Source: Octopus vulgaris (taxonomy: Eukaryota). From it: a stretch of 64,000 nt of DNA. Shown here in pieces: positions 41,650 to 55,224 of this stretch. The position numbers and the translations under genes are program-made. The notes below the pieces were generated by a model. The model saw only the letters and a program-made list of their open reading frames with translations. It had not been told where the DNA came from and did no database searches. Numbering within the stretch: the first letter of the stretch is position 1; each line of letters opens with the position of its first letter. The DNA is taken from contig OX597816.1 in assembly GCA_951406725.2 (NCBI GenBank), positions 109,616,001 through 109,680,000 of the forward strand, written 5' to 3'.

Positions 41650-43549
41650 GTCCATATACATTTCTGCATTTGCATGTGTATTTGTGTCCCAGAGTGTATA
41701 TAAGTTTATATTTGTGTGTATAATCACAGGCATTTGTATACTTGTATGCAATTAATCTTGCATGTGCATGCTTTGTAACATAATTGCCAGTTAGGATAGA
41801 TCATTGAAAGGTAAACGCATAAAGAAGACGGAAGCAAAGTTAAAGAATTTGAAGGACTTAAGTGAAAAAGATGACAGGATGTAGGAAAATACAGGAAACG
41901 GGAGGAAGACAGGAAGTGAGAAGGAAAATAAAATGGAAGGAAAGTGTAAGATAGTGAAAGAAGACGGCCTTGAAACCTGCATAGTTACATGTATACACAT
42001 CTTCATATATATTTATATATATATATATATATACGTCCATAAATGCATATATATATATATATGTGTATGTGTGCGTGTGCGTATTTTTGTGCATTTATCA
42101 ACAGAGACACGCATACCCAAGCACAGATATGCACACAAATCTGTGCAAGCCTACACTTGAACACAAACATATACCTTCATTGAAATGCCACTTGCTCAAC
42201 GCTAGAACAAACCTGAAAAAGCTATACACTGCGAATAAATTATACCCAATAGGATTTTCCTTGACAGAAAATGGAATTGCATATTTACATTTCATGTTAT
42301 CACATATGAAGTTTGAATATTGGCTCTAGGGAAGATATCTGTATTATAAAGAAATCATTAGGTTTCTTTGACTAAATAAACACACCCTTTATATGTAATT
42401 ATCCTCATTGATTACATCGTAGTTAACGTTGTTTTATTTTGTAGGATTCTTTGTAATGCCCTTGTTGTTGCATGCGTGTCTATGCTAGCTTTTACACGGT
42501 AATTGATAGTTGTATATGGACTAAAATATGTTGCATATCATCAAAATTGTGTGTTTGTATCCACGATATCTGGGTGAGAACAGTTAAGATTCTTTCTTTT
42601 TCATTTTCATTTGGTGGTGCGTTGAATTACATAAGTAAGCAAAAGAACTTTCTTTTGCCTTGAAAACAGACGGAGTAAAAAGGAATATACACTTTCTATA
42701 TCTCCCGACTCGGAATCTAAATATGTGGGCGCCTTAAGCGGAGGACTCACATAATGCATCCAAGGGTCACCTGTTTATGTGGTATTGTCTAAGAGCAAGT
42801 ACAACATATGCTACGAGTGTACGAAAAGTTTTATCTAGCCAGAGTCAAAAACGTCCGAGTCACCTGAAGCTGATGTAGAAATAAAGTTATATAAAGCGTA
42901 GCTCCTTTGAGGTATGTAGTTTATTGTCATTTACCTATACTCAACAAGATGAAATGTATTTGTTTTAGCAGAGACTAAGTTAGAAGACACAATATGATCA
43001 TTTGTCATCCTAGATGACTTACATGAGGAGTAAATCTGAGTAAATCAAAATATTAATAAAGAAGTTGGTCCAAACTGAATGATGTGATTGAATGCGAAAT
43101 ATTAGAGATATAAAAGAGTTTGAGTTAAGTTCAAATAGCTGAAAGTGATGGCATTCTCAATTTGTATTAATGATATATACTGAGCTATAAGTACTATGCA
43201 CTTATAGCGAAAAAGCTAGTTAGATTGACTACATTTGCCTACCACGAGTTGTACTCAGTTATGTGCATTCTGTTGTCTAAGAAAACCTGAACATCTATGA
43301 AAATTGCACCTCTTCCTCGTTTAGATGCATCTCGGACTAAATGGATTTCTGCTTCATTAGACTATTATGTTGTTCTTTCACGATGAAATTATTGTCCTAA
43401 CATATCAAGTTACTTTACCAATAATGTCTCATAGTTGATTCAAGCAAGTATGTCTGTGCATACATACATACACATATACATACATACATACATACATACA
43501 TAAATACATACATACATACATACATACATATATTCACACACATATCTCC

Positions 43550-43596
<47 letters not shown>

Positions 43597-43718
43597 CATG
43601 GTGTAGTGAATAAACTGTCATCTAAATTACGCAAAAATGAAAATAACACTGACATCTTATTTTAATAGATATATTTTCGAAAATTACATAAAAATACCTT
43701 GAAATACTAATGAGTATA

Positions 43719-44103
43719 TCTCTCTCTATATAAACGGCAGTTTTTCTGTCTGCGTGTCTGTGTGTCTGTTAGGTTGTACCCTCACCCTGACCACGGCTTT
43801 CAACCGATTCTGATGAAACTTGACACATACATAGCCCAATGTCATAATTCAAAACTTACGCAGGGAAAATTTTGAAAAGTTCCCCCAGTTCTGAAAAAAA
43901 TCGATAAATTCAACATGGGGTCGAGAATCAGAAACACAAACCACAGACTGTCTAGGGGACGCAACTCGACCGTTTTTAACTCTCAAAAAAAATTTACCAT
44001 TATTTTCTTTCCATTTTTTTGCTATTTTTTGGCTATAACTCTCTAAAAATGCTTTATAGTTATTTCCCTTACAAACCCGAGCAACGCCGGACGATACTGC
44101 TAG
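43719..44103 (+). mobile_element. Non-autonomous Helitron (~385 bp)
   Basis: 5' a|TCtctctctatataaa; internal caaccgattctgatgaaacttg motif; 3' subterminal GC hairpin cccgagcaacgccgg followed by tactgCTAG|t; sits between A and T with no TSD. Confidence 0.85.
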
Positions 44104-44505
44104 TTTATTCAATAAAATCGCCTTTGGTGTCAATCACAGCCTCCAGACGACTGGGGAATCTCCTGCAACTCTTCTGGATAGTCTCCTTGTTTAAGTTGGT
44201 GAATGCTGCCATAATCCTTGCCTTTAGTTCATCTTTGGTTTTACAAAGTGTTTTGTTGGATTCTCGCTGAAATGCGCCCCACATATAATAATAAATGGGG
44301 TTGCAGTCTGTGGAGTTAGGTGGCCAGATCTTAGGTGTGATATGGTTGCAGAAATTATCTGATAGCCATGACTGGGTTCCTTTGCTTGTGTGGCAAGGTG
44401 CAGAGTTCTGTTGCCAGACATAAGGTCTTCCAGAAGCCACCCTCCTGACCCAGAGCAGCACTACCTCCTCCGGGCACTTGATGCGGGCCACCTTGTTGAG
44501 TGTGT
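44104..44505 (-). mobile_element. Tc1/mariner superfamily (maT/DD37D-like) transposase C-terminal fragment
   Basis: ORF 44105-44491: YVWQQNSAPCH (QQDxAPxH), WPPNSTDCNPIYYYMWG (WPPxSPDLNPxDY), FPSRLEAVIDTKGDFIE; catalytic aspartates mutated. Confidence 0.9.
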
Positions 44506-44852
44506 AATTTTCGGCTCTGAAATATTCAAAAGTCTGAAGGATTTGTTGTGGGCGTAATATGGAATATGGATAGCTCTAATAAACACTGATAGCATTTACT
44601 TCATAAATGATTGCTTATTTATAATGTGTTTAATTATGCATTTTTCTATTAAATATACTTTTTATCAATATCTGCAATTATGGCATGTTTTTAGAAATAT
44701 TTAATGTGCTGAGCAAGATTTATAATGATGTTTTCATCCCGAAGGTACAAAATTTGTTTCCACGCGTTTTTGAAACACACCTGTATTTCGTTATTGCCGT
44801 ATTAACGCCTCTTCGTTGGAAATAATGGAATTTATTGTTATTATTATTATTA

Positions 44853-44912
<60 letters not shown>

Positions 44913-45522
44913 TTATCATTATTATCATTATTATTATTATTATTATTAGCAGTAGTAGTGGTATTATTATTAGTATTAGAAGATTTAGTAGTAGTAGTAC
45001 TAGTATTGGTAGTATATTTGCTGTTGTTGTTATTATCATTATTATTATTATTTTTGTTGTTGTTGTTGTTTTTAATTTTGCTTAGTTTCAGTTATATTTG
45101 ACATCTGTTCTGCCATTTCAATAAAGCTTTCGTGGATAGAATATCAATGTAGAAGAAAGTAATTTAATCAATCAATTAATCATGTTAAGGTTAAAATGAA
45201 ATTCCAAATGTAGGTGGAACTCTTTTATTGTTTGGCAGTTGAGGTAATCAGCTTTGGGATATTCTGTCTATTTGTTTTAGCAGTAATTCTATTAATTTGG
45301 ACTTTCTGACATCACTGTCAGTTAAATGGAACTAATTTCACTGCAACCACCACTGTTCTTGTCTAGCATCACGATACAACAGAATTTTCTTTTATAATTC
45401 TCAAAACAAGCTATCTCCACCTATATCACTACCTGTATTCCCACAAGCAGCAACACGTAGTGAATCAACAAGACAGGCATTACACAATCGTTCAAACTGC
45501 TAGAAATAGCAGCCAAAATAAA

Positions 45523-46057
45523 GGCGGTGAGCTGTCAGAATTGTTAGCACACAGGGCAAAATGCTTAGCGACATTTCGTTCTGAGTTCAAATTTCGCCGA
45601 GGTCTGACAGTTTTCCAAAAATTTGAAATAAACATTTTAACGCAGCGAGCTGGCAGAATCGTTAGCACGCCGGGCGAAATGCGTAGCCGTTTTTCGTCCT
45701 CCGTTACGTTCTGAGTTCAAATTTTGCCGAGGTCGACTTTGCCTTTCGTCCTTTCGGGGTCGATAAATTAAGTACCAATTACGCACTGGGGTCGATGTAA
45801 TCGACTTGATCTGTTTGTCTGCCCTTGTTTGTCCTCTCTGTGTTTGGCGCCTTGTGGGTAGTAAAGAAATAGGTATAAGGTCTGCTGCTACGTTGTGAGT
45901 ACAAATTCTGCCGAGGTCGACTTTGCCTTTCGTCCCTTCGGGGTCGATAAATTACGTACCAGTTACGCACTGGGGTCGATATAATCGACTTAATCCGTTT
46001 GTCTGACCTTGTTTTTCCCCTCTGTGTTTAGCCCCTTGTGGGCAGTAAAGAAATAAG
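45523..46057 (+). mobile_element. Tandem SINE array (partial head, full monomer, head-less internal unit)
   Basis: Head 45523-45605; monomer 45645-45875 with B-box-like gagttcaaatt and a ggggtcgataaattaagtacc domain; ~185-bp internal unit repeated at 45876-46057. Confidence 0.9.
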
Positions 46058-46659
46058 AAATAGTAGCCAAATCTATACGAAATCAATTTAAAGAAGGCAG
46101 AACATTCTGGATAATATGTTCTCCGTAACACTTGGAAATACGGTAGAATTGTTATCAGTAGCGTACCTGCAAATTTATTTCAAATGACACTAAGACTCAG
46201 CAATGAGGGAAGTGCTGCAGGTTTTGAATATGGCACCATAAATTATAGTGATTTTAATACAACTACAGGAACTATTATCGCTATTACAAACACTGTCGTT
46301 GCTATAATTATCATGAATTATAAGTAATGCAAGCTCTGAATTGCTATCGCTGGCAAATATATTGCCTTAGTGCGTTACATAGTAACTATTAATTCGAACA
46401 CGATTAACTATCGACAAGACAAGAATAGAGTATCTACGTAGTAGATTCAGTTGAAAGTGATTTCAGACGTATTTCTCATAAAGACCCACATTACATTCTT
46501 AAGAATGAATGTTTGAAAATATCTGTGCTACAATACAACAGTAGCTGAAGGCCAACGCAAAGTTACTTGTATAATTATACATTGCGCATATACATTCACA
46601 TTCATTACTCTGATTATTAAATTCCCCTCTCACACGAACACACATACATACACACACAA

Positions 46660-47215
<556 letters not shown>

Positions 47216-47219
47216 CATC

Positions 47220-47266
<47 letters not shown>

Positions 47267-47574
47267 TGCTCTTGAAGATAAATATAAATTAAGTAATTAA
47301 GTTAAAAAAAGAAACAAACAAAACAAAATAGATGCAAACTGTCCACATAGATGTATACACACGTATTTTCATAAAGTCAGTGTACTTATTGGTAATAGGC
47401 GAATGTGTGTATGCACATTATTGTATATATATGTGTACGTACGAATGTGTGCATATCTGTCTGGAACAACATGTATGTATGTAGGTATGAGTGTGCGTGT
47501 GTGTGTACATACGTGCATGCATACATACATACTACATGCATATATACATAAATACACACACACACTCACACACA

Positions 47575-47652
<78 letters not shown>

Positions 47653-47759
47653 CACACTCACATATGTATGTATGTATTATTGGCATTTGTGTATTCGAGC
47701 AAGACAGATGTATGCTAGTGTGGTGTCAACAGCGTTGCTGGGGGAATATTGCGTTGGAT

Positions 47760-48180
47760 TGAGGTTTGGAGTTTCTGCAGGGTAAGTTTGTTTGTGTTAG
47801 GGAAGAGCATACGTACAGAGATGCATGTGTGTGTCACGCACATGGAGATAGACGTGAGTGATTACAGGGGGTTCATAAGGTTAGAAGGTTAGCTTGTGGT
47901 TTGCATAGGCATCGGTGATTAGAAATCCTGTCCTTGGTTACAGGGCAGCCAGTTTTGAAGTACAGTCAAGGTTAAGATAGTATATCTGTGTAGTCGGCGG
48001 CCATTAGCTTGAAGGTCTCCAGGAGACCATACCTCTGAGAGCAGCAGTAAGATATTTCATATATCATGTTTATAGACACAGCAGGTAGGTGGAGAAAAAG
48101 CAGTATTTCGTGGAGACAGAGCTGGCATTGCGGGCGCTGACACCCACACACACCCATACAATACACATGTAGCTGACATA
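47760..48180 (-). mobile_element. Highly decayed Penelope-like GIY-YIG remnant
   Basis: Minus translation CQLC...SINMIYEISYCCSQRYGLLET resembles the CxxC...N-x-I-Y-x-I-x-C...Y-x-G-E-T pattern. Confidence 0.45.
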
Positions 48181-48782
48181 CAGAACTGATACATACCCCC
48201 ACATAATCGTGTATCGGGTACTCACGCATGGCTGATATGCAACCACACACATGCGTATACACACACTATCATACAGGCATATAGGCCTCAACGAACTGAT
48301 ACCTTCATATATTGTTACATTTTATTTTGTCTCTTTTATTCAAGTATTCTAATTTTGTTTTATTACATTATTATATTTAAATTCTAATTTATTTGAATTA
48401 TCTAAGTATGCATTTAGTTCATTCATTAATATTTATACATTTTTATTCAATTTTATTTAACCTTGTATTTGTGTTTTAATTTTTGCATCTGTCCCACACT
48501 TTGCAAATATCTTGCGAATATCTTCCAGTTTTTATTGCAAATATTACACATGTATGTGTTCTTTTCGCACTGGTGCGTTTCATCCAATTATTGATGTCAA
48601 CGTTAGGATGGCGTGTGTGTATTGATGCATGCATGTATATATTGCCGTATAAAATTCCCTCCAAGGTGAAGCCATATATCTCAGTGGGACATTGAACCGT
48701 CTACCTCAATAACTTTCTTAACAATTTATCAACATTGAGTTCTCTTTATCTTCGAAATGGCAGTAACAAATAAGCATTCCCA

Positions 48783-48859
<77 letters not shown>

Positions 48860-48884
48860 ATCTATCTATCTATCTGTCTATATG

Positions 48885-48937
<53 letters not shown>

Positions 48938-49847
48938 ATATTTGCATGTGTACGCGTGCATATACATATGCGCATATATATGCATATATATATATATATA
49001 TTATATATATATATATAAATATATATTTATATATCTATCTTTATCTATCTGTCTATACATCTCTCTCTCTGTATATATATATATATAATTATATATATAT
49101 ACATAATATGTATATATAGAGAGAGAAAGAGAGAGGGAAAGGGAGAGAGATAAATGGATAGATAAAGACATACAGGTAAGCAAACACGTGCTCGCACTCT
49201 CACAATCATGCACTCAATGACACACACAAACACACACACAGACAGACTACATCAAACACACACATATCCGTCATGCTTCTTCTACGACCAGTGAACTACT
49301 TACAAGAATGATAGAAAAATATAACTAACATACTGATTCCCTGGAAGAACAAAAATTCATATGAAACAAAAATCGTAAATTTTTCTTCAATGCATTCCTT
49401 TAATGCAGTTCATACGAGTACATTAGAATGGTTTCATTCCTGCTACTTTCATTATTTTTTCCTATTTTTTGTTTTGTTTCTGTTATTATGCGTTTCTGTT
49501 TATTTTTCTTTTTAATTTTCATTTTTATGTTTTACTGTTTACTTGTAGCCATTATCATTTTCTCTGTTTCTGAACAAATTATCTTCATAGCTTGAATTAG
49601 AATATGTTTCTTGCTCGTAGCAATAAATACCTATAAAATATCTCCTAAATATGACGGAGGAAAATGAAAAATAAAAAACTTAGAAGGGACTAATTTACTG
49701 TGCTGCAAATTAAATCTAGCATATTCTAAAGTACAAGAGTAATGCCACCAACATCATCCAAATAATATTTAACAGCAAAACCTACCTTAGTTTTAGAATA
49801 ATGATAACAACAACGACGACGACAACGACGACGACAACAACAACAGC

Positions 49848-49943
<96 letters not shown>

Positions 49944-49946
<3 letters not shown>

Positions 49947-50130
49947 CCTTGAGTGAAATACTACAGAAAACAAAGTTGGGGCATGACCTTGGAAGAGGTA
50001 AGGGAAAACTGAACCACTTGCTATTGATGGACGACTTGAAGTTGTTCACAAAAAAATGAGGCAGAACTGGACAGCCTAGTTCAGTCTGTGCGGATTTTGT
50101 CTAGTGATATTAAGATGTAGTTTGGGCTCA
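49944..50130 (+). mobile_element. R4/Dong-clade LINE RT fragment abutting an (AAT)n array
   Basis: Translates as PLSEILQKTKLGHDLG...LNHLLLMDDLKLFTK...LDSLVQSVRILSSDIKM*FGL. Confidence 0.8.
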
Positions 50131-50149
50131 ACTCGAGCCCCCCAAGTCC

Positions 50150-51545
50150 ACTACCACATTCACCACAGAAATAAATAATGTAAGAGGATCAAATGGACTC
50201 GAGAAGAGTATACATAAATAATATACGTGTATGATTATGCATTAGGCAGGCCATTTGAAGAGAAACAAACCGCACACTCTTATCAAATATGGAGAACAGG
50301 AAATGAAGACAACAGACTACATTTGGACGTAAACAAATTAGCAAATGTCAGGAGGGGTATAATCAGAAATTAAAGACTAACCGATAGTGAAAATAACTGC
50401 AAACAAACACGCATCGGTAAATGACCTAAATATAAGACAAGTAAATGAAAAAGCAGGCGAAGAGAGCAACTCTATACAAGTTTCAATTGAAAGACTGACA
50501 TCTGACCAGAGCGCGTAAACTTCTGGAGAAATAAATTGTAATGAACCTGATAAAGACAGCGATGAAAGTGGTAAAGAAACAATATTCGAAGACTACACAT
50601 TTACTGAAGATCACAGAAATCTATGACAGAACTGAAGCAGAAAATCCTGAATCAGCTTGCAGTTGTAAGACATATGCATAATAGAGAACCTCTTCATAAG
50701 CTCTCAAATACAATCCAAAATAGAAAACAAGTCAAAATTTGAAACTATGTAACAAAGGAAATTATACATGATCTAAAACCAGATCTCACTGAATTAAATG
50801 AAATTTTTTACGCTGCTGCTACGACAATTGAAACCAGTTGTATGCCTCTGAAAACACAATTTTATGAAAAAAAAACGATATTTTCCCCAGCTACACAAAA
50901 AGGGTGCCGACAAGGCTCATATAGATGCAAACACCAACTCTTAATCACTCGCATGATCTTTGAGAACTGTGATAACAAACGCAGAAATCTCAGTTCTGCA
51001 TGGGTTGATTATAAAAAGGCCTTCGACAGCATGCCGCATCAATGGATCTTGAAATCGCTGGATATCTTCAAAATTTCTCCTGTGATTTCAAGCTTCCTGA
51101 AGCACAACATGTCAATGTGGAATACGAATCTCCAATTATACCACTTTATTGGAGTACTGACCACAACAAATATTGATATCAACTGCAGCATTTTCTAAGG
51201 TAATTCACTTACATTTTTAATTTTCGTCTTATATTTAGCCCTAATACCTCCCTACAGCAGAACAATGTACGATATATAATTGACGACAAGAAAATGAGTC
51301 ATCTATTTTACATGGGTGACTTAAAACTCTATGGCAAAGATGATAATGAGCAAGAAGGACTACTATGTACTGTGAAAGCACTCAGTGATGACACTGAAAG
51401 GGAATTTGGTCTTGATAAATGTGCGAAGGGCGCTTTTCAGAAAGGGAAATTGAAGATATCACATTCAGTGGTGTTGGATGTTGACAGTCGTAAAATAACT
51501 CTAGCAGCAAATTTACAAATACCTCGGAATAAATGAAGACTCTGC
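50150..51545 (+). mobile_element. R4/Dong-clade LINE, internally deleted (N-terminal region fused to RT)
   Basis: N-terminal RIKWTREE...LANVRRGIIRN; RT motifs QKGCRQGSYRCKHQLLI, AWVDYKKAFDSMPH, SHLFYMGDLKLY, FGLDKCA, YLG. Confidence 0.85.
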
Positions 51546-52140
51546 TCAGCAGATGACACGTCTGACAAGCGGGACACGCCCCTTCCACAGAAACCTGAAC
51601 TAGTTCTCCTGTTGATCAACAAGCGGCATCGGCCAGTTGGTAGTAGATGATGCAAATGAGGAATCATTTGCCACCTCATCCCAAGCTCTTCATGGACAAA
51701 TTCCTCTCATCCCCTTTCAAGGTGTCACTGGCCTCCCTTTTGTCACCTCGCCCAGTTATATTTCGCCTGGAGATCCGGATCAAACCAGACCCCAAGCAAT
51801 TTAACCAGTCCATGCCGATTTCTCCCTCTTAGTCTTTGCTTCTGTCATCGCTTCGTACATTCTTAAGGTAGTGCTGATCAACTCGATTTCCAAGATACTG
51901 ACACAGGTACGGTGATGTCGTCCGCATAAGCCGACACGAACCTTCTGTATCCTAGTTCATGCGGGATACCCCTTGAAACATCCAGCTTCCTTAGCAATAA
52001 CTCAGGAGTCAACAAGTATAGAGGGAACGAGATTGGGTATCCTTGATGAGCCGAACGTGTGATGCTGAACATGTGATTCGTATAGTTGCCATTTACTTTG
52101 ACCATCTAACAAGTATCGCTGTACATTGCAATGATCTAGC
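51546..52140 (-). mobile_element. Tx1/L1-clade LINE RT fragment
   Basis: ITRSAHQGYPISFPLYLLTPELLLRKL, VSAYADDITV, LGVWF; same family as 23620-24480. Confidence 0.85.
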
Positions 52141-52458
52141 CACTGAAAATGCACAATTTGTTTTTCCAAAAGTCAAACCCAAGGTAGATAATCATAAAAA
52201 AGTTCTTACCCAAGAGACGCCCCCCTTGATTTCTTGTTTTTGATCATCAAAAATTCCCGTGAGATTTTATCGTAATTCCAATATTTTTCGTGCTTTAATC
52301 GAAAATAAGAACGAACACCAATTTCTCTGTGATAAGCTTGAAGAATTAATATATATATATCTTTAACATGAACCCAATGGTATCCGTAGTACACGAATAG
52401 AGAATCTTCATTCACCAATGCGGTGTTGATCACTCACTCTCATTGTTCGACATTTACG

Positions 52459-52536
<78 letters not shown>

Positions 52537-55169
52537 CAACAAATGTTGATCATGGGTTGGACTAAAACATAGTGCACTGTAGTATAACACATAACACGCT
52601 AAATATGCTAAAAGTGTAGTACACAAAACAAATTAGGGGCAACCCACTCGCAGTGTGTGTTTCGATATATCAGATCTCCATAACTTTCTAAATCAGCAGA
52701 GAATCAATTTGCTTCCCATCCTGAGCAAATGTCTAAGTCTCTTTCACCATTTTGGTAAACAGGCCCTGCTTTTCGATAATGACTTGAGGAGCGTACTTTC
52801 TCTGTTGCTCCTTCTGTCTTTCACTAATATTCTCAATGATTCTCTGTCCGTTTGTCTGTCTGTCTGTTTCGCTCTCTCTCACTCATTCTCTCTCTCTCCT
52901 TGCTCTCATACATACACAATCCTCATTATCATCATCATCGTCGTCGTCTCTTTACCACAAGACGCTGTCACGAAACTGCTGCTCGATGCCTCTCACGTGC
53001 TCTACCCTAGAACAGGGGACCTCTTTTCTTTTAGAAAACGTATTTTGTTCATCTCTTCAGTTGGTAGTACTGAAAATGAAGCGAATTAGTTTGGTTTCTT
53101 TCTAGCTATCGTCGGAGTTGTTTGAGTGTCGCTGTTGTAGAAGTATAAGCTACAATTATTCTACTGCTTTACTGCCCCTCTTTTCCTTTCTTTTCATTTG
53201 GATAGTAGTTCCTGGTGTGCTTACTACTTCAGTAAGTGTAGTAAGTATGTATTTTCGTTTGTCCTCTCGGCTGAATTAGCCGTTCACCAGCCCTACTATG
53301 AGAGGCGTCTTCGGCATAGCCCTTGGTCATTAGGGTTCGTCAAGTTCTGTTTATTCATGCATAACTCCCTTAACCACAAGAGGTAAACAGCGCACACCCG
53401 ACTCGTGTACTGGTGCGAAAATGATAACACGAACAAGCAACCGATGTAATCCTCAATGTTGTGATCGGTAAACTAGCGTTTCATCTCCCGTATACTGCGT
53501 CACATTTGCGGAGAACAGGTGTGAAATATGAGTCACACAAGACAGCACGTCACATGTTTGGTTCTTAATCATGAGCACATGCTTAAGCATACACTGCCGC
53601 AAATAAGGGAAGACTACCTGGGTTATCTACAAAATTTTCCAGAATATATGGAGGTTCCTGTCAGATTTTGAGAATAAAATAGAAAAACAATTGTTAACGG
53701 CTATCCTATATGTAATTGCTTTCGTAAATTCTTCGTGTAAAATGACGCTGCCGTTCGTGTCGTACCGTTACATGCCTTTGTTCGCTGTTGACTCCTACCC
53801 AGTATCTCTGGATGTCTACGCAAGCAAAATATGAGTTACTGTTTTATTTCTATCGCTTTTGTTATCATAATTAAGGTATAGAAATATATTATCTTATTAT
53901 TGTTTTGTATATTGTGTAACTTTTTATTCAATAATGTGCATGTTTGTTAAATCCTCCTTTTAAAATCTATTTTAGTATTTTCAAAGGCTAGTGCACAGCG
54001 TGGTAATTCATTCTCCCACCATTGTGCCGACGACCTACAGGTGGCAATACGGAGCTGCCCACATTGAAAGTAAAATGGATGTTTGCAAAAATATCTTTAT
54101 GCAATATAATGGAAAAGACGATCTTTTTCTACCCAAGTATTAAGATGGACTTTTAAGTATTCGCAAACGCTTTTTTGGTTAGAAAATCTAAAACAGCAAA
54201 CAAACAGAACAAAAGATCTCTTTCATCGTGAAGTAATCCTGACCGAAAATAACTTCTAAGCAGTGTTGTATGGACCGTGATCTTTCACAAAAAACATCAA
54301 CAAAAACACGTTTCACGTTAACGACAACGACGACGACGATGATGATGATGATGATAATGGTGGTGGTGGTGGTGGTGGTGGAGAGGTAAATGAAATCACA
54401 AGGAAGCGATATAAACAACTGTATGCAAGAAACGAGATCAAAAGGATGAGAGTAAAAGAAAAGTTAAAAACTGATAAACCAGACAAACACTCGCCGCATG
54501 GCTATTTCAGATTCATTTTGATGTGTTGTGTTCTTCTGTTCTTTCCCTTATTGTTTTAGTTTAGTATCTTGGAAAAGAACCTTTATGTAGAATTTCCAAA
54601 ATCAATATTCAATAGAAACAACGATAAAAAACAAAAATACAACCTCAACAATAATGATGACGGTCTAATGGTAATGCTGATGATGAGGACGGCGATGGCG
54701 ATAAGTATGATGCTGATGGTAGTGGCGGTGATGATGGTTAGGTTGCTGATGATGATTATAGTGTTGATGAATGATTACAATGCTGCTGCTATTGTCGAAA
54801 ATATTGGTGATAACAATTATGATGATGGTGATGATGATCCTGATGGAAAACAAAATAAAGATACAGCTTTCGTAGTCTTGAGAAATCGATATGGTTAGCG
54901 GTTCGCTTGAAAAGTTGCACGTCGCTGTCTGACGAGTAAAAAGAGATATAGAAAAAAATGTTCAATGTAGAATTTCTATGTGGACGGAGAAGAGTGGTGA
55001 TAGAAGGTTAATTAAGAGTCTGCTGTGGTGGTGAGCTTATGCAGTTGACCAGAATTCGAAAAATGTGACCGATCTCAGAACTGCCTGAGTGTAGTTCAGA
55101 AGCGTCGAACCAGCTTCAGCTCAGAGAAGTACTAATCGTTATTACAAGTATAGAAAATACCAAGAGCCT

Positions 55170-55224
<55 letters not shown>

